A stretch of 58,677 nt of DNA, counting the filler, from Jimgerdemannia flammicorona (taxonomy: Eukaryota), in NCBI GenBank assembly GCA_003990765.1. It is 3 parts of 3 records of this genome, joined end to end, with 100 filler letters (N's around TTAATTAATTAA, not from the genome) between each part and the next. Parts side by side here need not be neighbours in the genome. Positions count along the whole stretch, not along the records: positions 1 to 19,498 come from RBNJ01001927.1; 2 more parts are not named here. The stretch is one strand, 5' to 3'. Both the position numbers and the translations under genes were made by a program. The notes under the pieces are model-generated. The model was not told where the DNA came from. It ran no database searches and saw nothing but the letters and a program-made list of their open reading frames with translations. Numbering within the stretch: the first letter of the stretch is position 1; each line of letters opens with the position of its first letter. This document shows positions 1 through 12,305 of this stretch, one piece after another.

Positions 1-501
1 TCGCAAGCTCAAGAACAACAATTACAGTATGTTAACCAACACCACCGAGAAGAAACCTTTGATATTGGAGAAAAGGTTCTACTGGATATCAGAGGATACT
101 GAGTTGACAACCTCAAGCATAGACCATCTACAAAGCTGAACAGCAAGTTCATTGGACTATTTGAAGTCATTGCACAAGTCTCTCCAACCTCCTACAAATT
201 GGTACTACTGGATACCATTAAGATTCACCCAGTCTTTAATGTTCAACATCTCAAGTGATACAATGAGAATAATGACAAGCTATTTCCAAACTGGACCACC
301 AAACCATCTGCACCTGTCATTATTAATGATCAAGAAGAGTATGAAGTTGAACAAATCCTTAACAAATGTAGCAACAAGAGCCACCCTGAGTATCTTGTCA
401 AATGGAAAGGTTATCTGATCCATGATACAATCTGGGAACCCAAGACCAATCTCCAGAATACTACTGACCTAGTTCAGGAATATGATTCCTTGAACAACTA
501 G
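1..501 (+). pseudogene. pol: Gypsy family A copy A1: integrase C-terminus and chromodomain (degenerate; element runs off the window start)
   Basis: Reads FIGLFEV..KIHPVFNVQHLK, then EEYEVEQILNK..EYLVKWKGY..HDTIWEP (chromodomain); closely matches ~32640-33140. Confidence 0.9.
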
Positions 502-699
502 AATCAAATACTCCACACCTATCTATACATACTATATATTATCCTCCCAAACATTATAATTATTGCAAACCAAACCAAGAACTCAGCAAAACCAGACAAG
601 AATACTAACTCTCTGGAAAAATGGCAAAACTGAAAGCAAGCCTATTCTCTCTGTACCACTGAACAAAATTAGAAGGCCCCGACAAGGACGTCAAAAGCT

Positions 700-712
700 A
701 AGAAGGGGAGAG
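700..712 (+). other. Polypurine tract of copy A1
   Basis: AAGAAGGGGAGAG one base before the LTR start TGTAAG; same arrangement before the LTRs at 33353 and 35884. Confidence 0.9.
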
Positions 713-713
713 T

Positions 714-2775
714 TGTAAGCACACAACCTCCAAGCCACCATAATTATACATCACCCTCTGAACAAGCCACTGAAATCACATGCGACATCTGAACAAATCT
801 GGAAATCACCTGCTTGATCACAAAGCTGAGTCAAACTGAAGTCACAGCACACAAAGCTGAGTCAATATGAAGTCACAGAATACAAGATTTATACAAATGG
901 AATCTTACCAATCAGGATCAAATGCATATATACCAAGCACTGAGATACATCAAATCAGAGAACCAAAACAAATAACAACTACAACTTCCAAACACACAAA
1001 CATGACCACTGAGATCTACACCCGTATCCACACTGACATTTGGAATACCATTGTCAACCAAGCCACACCCCCTCTGCCCCTCATGAATATCCATAGCCTA
1101 GCATCCCTCTACTTCATGAAAGCCCAATGGAATGCTCTGAACATGCTTAGCAAGGCCCACTGAATCAGACAAATCTCAAGCTACTACCAGATCGGCTACC
1201 TCCTGGAAGACATAATCGAACACCACTATGATACAGACATTACCCAGATGTCTCAACACCAGAAGCTCATTGCCCACAAACATCAAGAACTCTTCTATGA
1301 GTATAGCACCATTATTCCCCGCCTCTGAGTTACCACAGCCAAAATGGTTGCTACTCTGTCCTATGGTCAAATCAATGATATGATACAAGAACTCAACCAC
1401 AAGTACCTTGAGTATGTCAAAACCACAGACAGAACCTTCCACACCCCAATGACCATATCCTGCAAATGCCCCAAGTTGGATATGCCATGAAGGACATCTA
1501 TAATATAATCTACTTCGATGAAGATGAAGCAGAAGACAATGATCCCTCTGATGCCGACATGATCTCTAGCCAAGGATCTCTGCCAACCCTGATCATACCG
1601 CCAACCTTGCCGATGAACTTACAATAATTCATAACAGCATATGAGACTTATTGGGACAATGACCACTGGCACGAATACCAACCCACATTCACTCCCAATT
1701 ACTTCAACTACAATGAAGAGACCGGAGAACACAACCTGTACCTTCAGACAACCCTCGAGATTGAACCAACCACTCTACCACCCGAGTATGAGTGACATGA
1801 ACCACAGCCACTAGCTTACTACAACCCTGCAACTCATAGTGCTATAACCTATAGAAGGTATACAGATAGCGAATCTGATGAAAGTGAAGATGATGTACCC
1901 CTCCTTCACCCACTAACACCTTATCCAGTATATGAGACTGACGATACCATCTTGTGAGATAGAGACGAAGTTCCAATGTATTATTACCTCAGTGAATAAG
2001 GAGAAGTAATCCACGAATCACTCTTCCTAGATGACTACTTCATCAGAGATAATGCAATTGATGGTGATGTCATCGAGGACTACCCAGATAGTGCCTAAAC
2101 CTGTAAATAGCCTAAGCAGTCATAGTATAGTTAGATTAGCCTTGTATGATGTGACTGTGAACTGACTCAGCAGTCAGACGATCTCTTGACATGTCAGATC
2201 ACACTTGTACTACGTAACTGCATTCTGACTCAGCAAAGCACTTAGTGCTACATCCATATCTAGCATAGTCCAGATAGCCCCTCACTAGTATAAATACCCC
2301 CTCCCCTAGACCTCAGAATCTCAGACTCAAATACATAAGAACATTCCTGAACACTTTCCCACAATATCCCTCCACACAACTACTCCTAGTATAGTAATAT
2401 CATGAATAGCGAATAAACCTATTTAATAACCCACAAACCACTCTTAAGTAAATCTACTCTCTGTTAGATCTCACTCCTAACCCTATCACGAAATTTCCTA
2501 ATTGGGTATTGTCTGCAGCAATATGCCAATTCAACTAAGCTGGTCTTAGTTTCTTGAACTTCCTGAAATACAGAAAATCCTGAACATCCAGAACTAGTCC
2601 AAAAAAGAACTTTGGTTGAGACATCAACCCGATCTTGAAATCAATAAGCATAGAGAATATACTCCATATGAAATTGATCTTGACCATAAGAAAACAGTCT
2701 TCCAGAATATCCAGAACTTCTAGAAAACCCTTCTAGAACTACATAATGGCTACCCTAAAAAGTAACTCTCTTACA
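714..2775 (+). repeat. 3' LTR of copy A1 (~2.06 kb)
   Basis: TGTAAG...CTTACA inverted termini; three more copies at 24923, 33353, 35884; TATAAATA 2289-2296 and AATAAA 2412-2417. Confidence 0.93.
1002..2098 (+). pseudogene. LTR-embedded accessory ORF of family A (~365 aa), degenerate
   Basis: ATG ACC ACT GAG to CCA GAT AGT GCC TAA; same ORF in all four LTRs; 1098 nt in one frame in two copies, 1097 nt here. Confidence 0.8.
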
Positions 2776-3639
2776 TTCAGATAGCAGTTAAGAGTAAGAC
2801 TTATAACTATTGCTAAGAATCAAGAGTACAAAATTGTAGAAGCTCACAATATATAAGAAGATAATCAAGAAGACTTAGATAAAAAATCTGAAGACTAGCA
2901 TCAAACATCAGCCTATACTCTATGTTAGATTGAAGATTGTATCTTTGATACCATTATTGATACTGATACTGGAGGATGCCTCATGAGCAAGAAGGCAATT
3001 AACTGCCTAGGCTGAGATATTGAAGAGTCTATCAAGATAGTCTATATCACAGCAGATGATATATGAGCTACCCCTCTTGGCAAAATCTGAGAAGTTCCCA
3101 TCAAGATAGGAGGAGCTATCATCCTGGTAGATGTGATTATTACAAGTGCCACTAACTATGACATCCTCATTGATAACTAATAGCTTCACAAGGCTAAGGC
3201 CATCATTGATCTCAATGCCCAGAAGATACAGATCAACTATAGAGAAAGAAAGGTATGAGTCTCTATCAATGTCCACAAAGGAGTTCTACCAGATATGGAG
3301 AAAGGAGATAAAGAGGACACAGAAGTCTTTATACACTCAGTAAATAAGAACAAGAATAAGAACAAGAATAAGAACAAGACACCCAAGCTCACAGATGAGC
3401 AATGGTACAATAAGATCATTGATGGCTATACCCCTCAAGAAAGATGTCCTCATGGTACTAGGATGTACTGCTCTGAACACCTGAATGACTGCTGGTCCTG
3501 TATCAGTGAAGTCAGAAAAATCTATTAATAGAAGTATGAGCAAGAAGCTGCTGAAGCAAAAAAGAAAGCCAAAGAAGATAACCAGCCCCCAGAGCTACAA
3601 GCTGACAGTAATGATGAGGAGAAACAAGAACCAGACATC

Positions 3640-4055
3640 ACTCTCAAGTTTAAGAAGTTTTACTCCAAAGCTAAAATTCCAGAATATAAGACTAAAGGAG
3701 CCATAGAAATAGATCTTGCTAGCATCCAAGATACTACTCTTGAACCACAGACCATTACTCTACTTAGCACTGGAATTGGAGTCAAGTTGCCAGAGAACTA
3801 TACTGGAATTATCAAGACCAGGAGCAGTCTGGCCAAAAGTGAAATCTCAGTTGAGAGAGGAGTAATTGACCTTGATTACATTGGTGAGATCTTTCTCATA
3901 GTCAGGAATCACAACCCCACCACTCCATTTGAAGTCAAGAAGCATGACAGGATTGGCCAGATACTGATTCATGAAATCAAAAAGCCCAAGATTACTAAAG
4001 CCATTGAACTCATCAAGACTAAGAGAGGAGAATAAGACTTTGGATCTACTGAAAG
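3640..4055 (+). pseudogene. dut: dUTPase domain of family B (between protease and RT)
   Basis: GA.E.DLAS, STGIGVKLPENYTGIIKTRSSLA, GVIDLDYIGEI, DRIGQIL, RGE*DFGST = trimeric dUTPase motifs 1-5. Confidence 0.9.
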
Positions 4056-7000
4056 AGGAGCCTATGCTGCCACCAAGATTATTGAACTTGAGTACAAGAA
4101 TGACAAGGATCAGAATAAGTACACATATACCATTAGAGAAAACCTTCTACTGGAAGAATAACTTCTCAAGATCCTGCACTAGAATGAAGAAGTACTTACT
4201 ACAGACTTCAGAAATATCCACAATCAAAAACTCAAGTACTATTATAAAGTTGACACTGGTAATACCAAGCCTATCTATCAGAAAGTCAGACCTATACTAC
4301 CTGCCTACAGAGAATGGCTGTGAGCAGAACTCAAGGAAATAAAAGAAGCTGAAATTATCAAGTAAGCTATTAGTTCCTAGGCTTCACCTATTGTCCTTCT
4401 CCCAAAGAAAGAAAGCAAGCCTGGAGAGTTTGCTCCAAAACTCTGCATTAACTACAAGAAGCTCAATGTAATTACTAAGAAGGATAGGCAGCCCTTATCA
4501 AATATTCAAGAAATCCTTACCAATCTTAGAAGTGAAGCCAAATACTACACCACCTTGGATCTATTCTCAGACTTCTATCAGATTGGTCTCACTCAAGATA
4601 CCAGTGAGAAATCAGCCTTCATTATACCTGATGCCACCTATATCTACCTATAAATGTCATTTGAAATGTACAATGCACCAGCAAGTTTTCAGCAAATAAT
4701 GAATATAGTCTTCAGCAATGAGATCAGAAAATGGCTCTTTGTCTATATTGATAATGTAATCATCTTCAGCAATACTGTATGGGAACATATCAACCATATA
4801 CAGCTAGCTCTCAAGAAGCTCAAGGAGTATGGCCTCTACATCAAGCCCAAGAAGTATAAGTTTGCAGCTCAGAAAATCACCTACCTAGGACACCTTATCA
4901 ATCAGACTGGAATCCACACAGACTCTATGAAGATTGAGACTGTTGCAACCTACCCAAGACTCAGAACAACTACAGAAGTCCATGCTTTCCTTGGACTAGT
5001 CTCTTACTACAGAAGATTTATCAAAGGATACTCCAACATTGCAGCATCTATCTATGAGCTACTGAAGAAGGAGACCAAATTCAAATAGACTAAGGAATAC
5101 TAAGAAATCTTCAATGAACTCAAGATTAGGTTGACCCAAGCACCCATCCTCAGAAGACCAGATTGGAACCTAGAGTTCATCCTGCAGACAGATATAAGCA
5201 CTATAGAACTTAGAGCAATCCTAGCTTAGAAGAAAGATAGACATAAATATGTCATCTCCTATGCAAACTAAGGTACCTGCAGAGCAGAACAGAACTATAA
5301 GTCATATAAGCTCAAATACTTAGCAGTAGTTTGGGCAGTAGACAAGTTCCACTACTATCTAGCCAGAAAATACTTCACTATTCAAACAGACCATTTCACT
5401 TTTGCCTGGCTATTCCACACTCTGAACTCCAAAAGAATATATGTCAGATGGATCTACAGACTACAAGAGTATGACTGTACTATTAAGCATTACTCAGAAA
5501 GAACCAATACCAATGCTGATACACTCTCAAGGACACTCTGAAATATCTCTATCAAGACTATTCAATATGAATAAGGAGTTATACTATAGATTAATCAACT
5601 ATCTTGGGAAGTGGAAGATGCTCAACCACCTTGAACCCTGGACAATCACCATCATCAACCAGACTTGGAAACAGTTTGAACTAGACAACACTATACTCAG
5701 AAAAGGAAAAAAGCTTGTAATACTCAAACACAATGAAGGAAGTATATAAATAAGGATACTTAGGAGGAACCAACACATATGACAAAGTAAGAAAAACTAT
5801 GTGGTGGCCCAAGATAAAAGAAGACCTGTACCAATTTATCAAAGGGTGTGACAAGTGCCAAAAACAGAAACAAGATCAGCAAGACCAGGTACTGGGTTAT
5901 CAAGTATTGAGCCTATTACCTTCTGCTACATTACAATGGATATCATTGGGCCACTACCAGTAACACTATCAGGAAACTGCTACATTATAGTTATTATAGA
6001 CCTCTTTACCAAATGGATAGAAGCAGGAGCATTACAGGAAGCCAATGCCCTCTCTATAGCCAACTTCCTGTACTGAGAAATTATCTACTACTACAAGACA
6101 CCAAAGCAAATCACCACAGACCATGGTACAGAATTTATCAATGGATTCTATGAGATAATATATCAGAAATACAAGATTCAGCACATCAAGACCACTGCAT
6201 ATCACTCTCAAGGAAATAGACAGACAGAGAGAATTAACAAGACTCTCAAGAACATTGTGAAGATCTCAGATACATATGAAAATTGAGATAATTACCTCCC
6301 AACTGCTCTCTCTGTCTTATGAGATATACAGTCACAGAGTACACACTTTATCTCAAGAAAACTGCTCTTTAGAGAAGAAGATTCTAATGAAACCTCAGCT
6401 ACAAATCTAGATCTAACTTGGAGACAGGTTGACTCAGAAATCCAGAGACTATACCAAATCAAAAAGAAGGCTAAAAATTACATCATCAAGTTACAAGTAC
6501 TGATAAGAAAGAATGCAGAAAAGAATCACAAGACTCTAGAACCCATCCAAATCAGAGAAAAGATCCTACTGTATCAAAATATGATAGAAGCCTCATGGTT
6601 GTAAAAACTAGAGCCCAAATAGAAAGGATTCTTCTATGTGCAAGATATCAAGAGAACTACCTTCTGGCTTAGAAAACTTACAGGGACTATACTGCCTACC
6701 ACAGTATACAGGAATAGACTCAAGAAGTACCATGAACCTATACAAGAGAAGCAAAACATAATGACTACCTGTGAGGTTCTAGTCTACAAATCATAACAGC
6801 ATGTCCTGTGACCAGCAGGCAATCTGTCTGGACTATTCTCTAAGAGATATGGCACTAGCAACTACTCATTTGTAAGACCTTCAAAGCTAGAGGAGTTTGA
6901 ACTGTCAACTGATTAGTTAAGATCAGAATCCAGCCCTTGCTCTATATGAAGAGAGCAACTCTTCACTATCATACCAAAATACATAGAGAAGATGCCAGCC

Positions 7001-7366
7001 TATAAATACTACTTTTCAATCTCCTGTCAGAGGTTATGGGATCAGCAAATTTTTCAGAACTGGATCAATGAATAAGAATGTTTAAGAAGATCCTTATTCA
7101 GGAGAAAGATGTAATAGTGATCTCAGAATGATGACATCAGTATAGAAGACAGCCTTTCCTTACAAGCCACTAGACTAGAGCATAAAAAGATCATACAGCA
7201 TGACTCACCCAGGCTATAAGATGAGCAATAATGACCAACTATGAGTCATTAGGACTACAAGACAGACATCTTGAGAAATATAAAAGAAGGATCAAGGAAC
7301 TACAGTAGCAGCAACTCAACAAGACCCACTAATCCTGAAATAGCTCAAAGATCTATTATAAACAAA

Positions 7367-8173
7367 ATGTCTGCTACCTGCCAAACCTCAAGATCAAAGA
7401 ATCACCAAGACCTCTCAGTCTAGAAAAGGATATTCTAAGACATCCAAAGAGCTATAGAGATCTGTACCACAAGGACTCCTAGTGTCAACTTGGGTACTGG
7501 TGACTCTTATTATTATATTCTCTACTGCCACAAGATGGAAACAAGAATTACCATTGCTATCAAATACCTTCAGATATGGTAAGAATATAAAATAGGAAAC
7601 CTCTTCTACCAGGAATTCCCTCAAGCCAGTCGTCAAGAGCTACAAGATACTACTTCTATAGATATATGTGAAATAAGGATAGCTAAGAAGATTCATCAGA
7701 TCTTCAGGTATATACTATGGTTGATCTCCAACTTGGAGTATACCAGAGTCTCAGACTTCAGAGATCTGTTAGCCTACTATATTAACATACTAGAAGCCAT
7801 AGTAGCTACAGAAGTCTAGTCCACTATCACTCTTAATAGTGATGAGATAAAAGAGTTCTGGTATCCCATTCTCCAGGACAACCCAGATCAGTTCCTGCAA
7901 GGATTAATCTCAGTATTCCAAAGCCTCAGAATCCAGGTTAGACCTCCCTAAGACCCCACATTTGTTTCTTATTTTGTAGAAGAGAACCTCATAGATTGGA
8001 GAGCCCCTGATTTCCCTATCACCAAATATAATGATGTCATTGGCAATGATATCATCCTATATGATATATGTGAAATGTACAACCTACACAATGAGACTGA
8101 AACATTTGTAGATCTCATCTCCTTTAGTAATGATGAGGATGAAATCTCTATGGTCTTGAATATTTTACTCTAA
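7367..8173 (+). pseudogene. Family B accessory ORF downstream of integrase (268 codons)
   Basis: One frame from ATG TCT GCT ACC TGC to TAA 8171-8173 with scattered transition-type stops; aligns with the family C ORF at 13088-13915. Confidence 0.8.
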
Positions 8174-8639
8174 GTCCCTTAGTTATACTGAATTATGCCA
8201 GTATTCTTTTCCTATATAATAGCTATTCCTCTACTGATATTCTGACCTTATGTAACTCAGAATTATTTCAATATCCTGAACCTATGCAACCATCTATGCT
8301 GATACTGAAACTTGGCAGTTTTCTATATTCTAGCATTTTATTTGATTATTGGAATTTATATTTAGCTTTATATCTTAGCAACTATTGAATTATATATCTC
8401 TCTTATTTCTCTCAAAATAAAGTTAGTTCCAGTTCACTTATACTCAATTCCACATAAGTAATCTAAGAGATAACAAGACAGTTTAAAAATAAGAAGTTTG
8501 AGAACTATAAGATCTTGGGAAGATATTCCAATAAGAACTTGCTTATAACAAACTTAAGTTAGTCTAAGAGATATATTTTGAAGAGAATCTGATATATTTG
8601 AAGGACTCAGCAACTACTATAATAATATATATTGCATTT

Positions 8640-9860
8640 GTCAAAATTAATAACTTAACTATATATTGATTGATTTTATTAAGCTATTGAGATCTCATTT
8701 TAGTGAAAATCTTACTGATACCTTTGGGAGATGTATTTAAGATTTTGATATATAGATAATAATATATAAAGAGTAAGTGAGCCTTTTAAAAGAAGTTTTT
8801 AAAAAAATCAGATTTTTAAAAAAGATTAGGTTTTTGAAAAGATCAGATTTTCAAAAAAAGTTCAAAAGATCAGTTTTTTGAAAAAGATTGGGTTTTTGAA
8901 AAATAGTTATCTTACATTTTGAATTATTGATTTTTTACTTAACAACAATAATAATTGAAATAGAGTTCAATCATAGTCTCAACTATCAGTCAATACAACA
9001 TATATACTATATAGCTTATATTATCAATCTGGCCATTCAAGCCTTTTTAATCTGTCTGAAGGCTGATAATAATGAAAAAATAAATTTAAGTCTCTGAATA
9101 AGTATTATTAAGATTGGGTCATCATTATAGTATTTTGAGAGATTTACTATACAATATAAAGTCTATAGAATCAACAATCTAAAGAAACTTATTTTGGACA
9201 TTAAAACTTAGTGAAACTCAATATATTTGATAATTAAATAAGCTATTAAATTATTGAAGATAATTATATTTAATTATATTTAATTTATTAATTAAGTATA
9301 TAGATAATATAGGTCTATAATTATATCTAAATCTAATCTAATAAATTAATTTTTATTAATAGCTCTTAAATTCAATAGTTATAGCTAATAAAAATTTGTG
9401 ACAATATACTATTAGAGATTATACTTGATAGTTACTAAAAGATATCATTTTAGTATTAAAGAGTTTTTAATATATAATAGATCTTGCAACTTGGTAAAAA
9501 TATTCAACAATTTATTCTGCTATTCTAATTTATAACCTTTTACTAGATATATTAGAGAATAATGACAAAGTATTTCAAAATCATATAGCAGAACCAGAAG
9601 AAACTAGAGAGCTGAATACTCTCATTTAATAGATACTAATAGTAGCTATTGATAAGTTGAAGAAATACTATTCAATGACTGATTTATTATATTGGTACTG
9701 GTAAGTAAATATTTCAAAATTTATTTTATTTTTTAAATGAAAACCAGTTCTTAATTTCAGACTTAAACTATAATATTATTCAAACTATTGGAAAACTATT
9801 TAGATTGAAGTAGCTGAAACAACTATTTGTATAGTCTATAAGTAAATATAGATATATAAT
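8640..9860 (+). pseudogene. hAT transposase remnant, very AT-rich
   Basis: IAYIINLAIQAFL (CxxH region), LILDIKT**NSIYLII (LDVxTRWNST), SAILIYNLLLDILE, AIDKLKKYYS; parallels the transposase at 49.3-51.8 kb. Confidence 0.7.
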
Positions 9861-10758
9861 AAGATATAGAGTTAGATATAGATACTGAATTATTGACAAA
9901 ATGAATACAGAGCTCTATATTAGTATTCTTTATAAAGAATTATAAGAAACTATTGAATTTTATAATATATATAAAATATATATATATATTAGCAAAATAA
10001 TAACTCTAAGCATATATCTAAAATGGCAAAAAGTTAACTTAAAGATAATTAATTTCAACTACTGAATTGGCCAACACAATCATCTGATTATAACTCTATT
10101 GAATATTTTGAAGAATAAGCTGAATATTTATTAGAAAATACCCAAAAAAAAATTAAAGAGCTTTAAAAGAGAGTGAGAGAAGAATGAAATAAAATTTCAA
10201 AGGATATTTGTATTAAATTAATAAAAAGTACACCTAGGAGAGTTGTAGCTATATTTAAAGTAAAGAGTAATTATATAAAATATTAAATAATAAAATAAAT
10301 TAGCTAAATTAATAATAAGAGATAAAAATAGACCAATGATTAATTTGACTTTAAATAGTAATAACTATTATTACATAATAAGTACTGAGTTCTTCAAATA
10401 TATCAGATTCTCTTTAAGATATATCTCTTAGACTAACTATAAGTTTATTATAAGTAAGTTTTTATTGAAGTATCTTCCCAAGATCTTATAGTCCTCAAAC
10501 TTCTTATCTTTAAACTGTCTTGTTATCTCTTAGATTGCTTGTATAGAATTGAGTGTAAGTAAACTTAACTGACTTTATTTCAAAAGAAATAAGAGAGGTA
10601 TTTATATAAAATATAATTCAATAGTTACTAAGATATAAAGCTGAATATAAATTCCAATAACTAAATAAAATACTGAAATATAGAAAACTTCAGTTGTAAG
10701 TACAAATTCGAGTATCTGTATAAATAGTTGTATAAGTTCAAAATGCTAGTAGATTTCA

Positions 10759-12228
10759 TTTTTTTTTTTTTTTTTTTTTTTTTTTTCTTTTTTTTTTTTT
10801 TTCTATAGACTATTGCCTTATTTATTAACTATCTATAATATGTCACATATCCTCATACAATATCAGTAGCCCCATTCCACCCCAATCTCAACCCACCTTC
10901 ACTCTCACCCAGCCTTGTATTTTTAGGGTGTAAGTTGTGACCTCACTGCCCAAATAACTAGATCCTCCTACCTGGTCTGCCCCATCCAGTAGATATGGGT
11001 TGTGAGCCCCAACCACCTCAAGTACTTGGCATCTAGTGTACCTGACCTACCCCTATTAGTGCCTCCTGTCTTGCCCATCTAGCCCATCTTGTCCATCTTG
11101 CCCACTCATGTTGCCCATATTACCTGTGCTGCTATCTTGCCATCTTGCCCATCTTGCCCATCTTGCCCATCTTGCCCATCTTGCCTGTCTTGCCTGCCCA
11201 TATTGCCTATGTCCCATGTTGCCCATGTTGCCCATGTTGCCTGTATTGCCCATTTTGCCCATTTTGCCCATCTTGCCCATATCGCCTGTCTTGCCTGTCT
11301 TACCCACCTGTGTTGCTCGTATTGCCCATGTTGCCATCTTGCTGTCTTGCCCATCTTGCCCATCTTGCCCATCTTGCCTGTCTTGCCCACCCGTATTGCC
11401 CATGTTGCCCATATTGCCTATGTTGCCCATATTGCCCATATTGTCCGTATTACCTGTGTTGTCCATTTTGCCCGTTTTGCCCATCTTGCCTATGTCGCCT
11501 GTCTTGCCGTCTGCCCATCTTGCCCATATTGCCCATCTTACCCATCTTGCCCATCTTGTCCATCTTGCCCATCTTGCCCACCCATGTTACCCATATTGCC
11601 TGTGTTGCCCATATTGCCTATATTGCTCATGTTGCCTGTCCATATTGCCTGTATTGCCTGTGTTGCCTGCCCATGTTGCCTGTATTGCCTGTGTTGCCTG
11701 TTTTGTCTGTTTTGCCTATTTTGCCCATCTTGCCCATGTCGCCTATCTTGTCATCTGCCCATCTTACCCATGTCACCCATCTTGCCATCTTACCATCTTG
11801 CCATCTTACTGTCTTGCCCATCTTGCCTGTCTTGCCTGTCTTGCCCATCTTGCCCATCTTGCCCATCTTGCCCATCTTACCCATCTTACCCATCTTGCCC
11901 ATCTTGTCTATCTTGCTCATGTCACCTGTCTTGTTGTCTTGCCATCTTGCCCAACTTGCCTGTCTTGCCCATCTTGCCCATCTTACCCATCTTGCCCACC
12001 CGTGTTGCCCATGTTGCCCATATTGCCCATGTTGCCCACCTGTATTGCCCATGTTACCCATGTTGCCCACCCATATTGCCTGTGTTGCCCATGTTGCCCG
12101 TTTTGTCCATTTTGCCCATGTCACCTGTCTTGCCATCTGCCCATCTTGTCCATTTCACCCATCTTGCCATCTTGCCATCTTGCCCATCTTGCCTGCCTGT
12201 GTTGTCTGTGTTGCCTATGTTGCCCCTG
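10759..12228 (-). mobile_element. Non-LTR retroposed insertion: poly(A) tail, ~250 bp LINE-like 3' end and a minisatellite
   Basis: Poly-T 10759-10802; exact 14-bp duplication GCTAGTAGATTTCA at 10745-10758 and 12229-12242. Confidence 0.8.
11065..12228. repeat. Degenerate 9-bp minisatellite (TTGCCCATC/TTGCCCATG/TTGCCTGTC)n
   Basis: Directly visible tandem array of ~1.16 kb. Confidence 0.95.
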
Positions 12229-12305
12229 GCTAGTAGATTTCAGAAAAAGAATACTAATAGAATTTAGTTATACAGAAAAAGGATACCAGAAGATTTCAGT
12301 ATTAC

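Larger units (their letters stand above)
2776..8173 (+). mobile_element. Gypsy family B internal region (PR - Cys/His motif - dUTPase - RT - RNaseH - IN - accessory ORF); interrupted on the left by A1, no LTR visible
   Basis: IIDTDTGGCL protease-like (~2950); MSFEMYNAPASFQ..FVYIDNV RT; LQTD..YLAVVWAV..TDH RNase H; WWPK..CDKCQK, MDIIGPLP, DLFTKW integrase; no chromodomain seen. Confidence 0.88.
8181..12305. mobile_element. Decayed element with long (~430 bp) inverted repeats enclosing a hAT transposase fragment
   Basis: 8181-8612 is the reverse complement of 10381-10758 plus 12243-12305; right arm split by a non-LTR insertion and cut by the family C LTR. Confidence 0.7.

Noticed and set aside
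1176..1573. Recurrent minus-strand ORFs in family A LTRs (also 25385, 33841, 36362)
   Set aside because: Antisense shadows of the plus-strand accessory ORF, which is the strand with cross-family homology
2226..2232. Fourth AP-1-like TGACTCA site in the LTR
   Set aside because: Reads CGACTCA in two of four LTRs, so probably created by CpG decay
3345..3380. KNKNKN repeat in family B
   Set aside because: Simple in-frame microsatellite expansion in a linker
7367..8173. Calling the 3' ORFs env
   Set aside because: No signal peptide, transmembrane helix or fusion-protein features evident; position alone is insufficient
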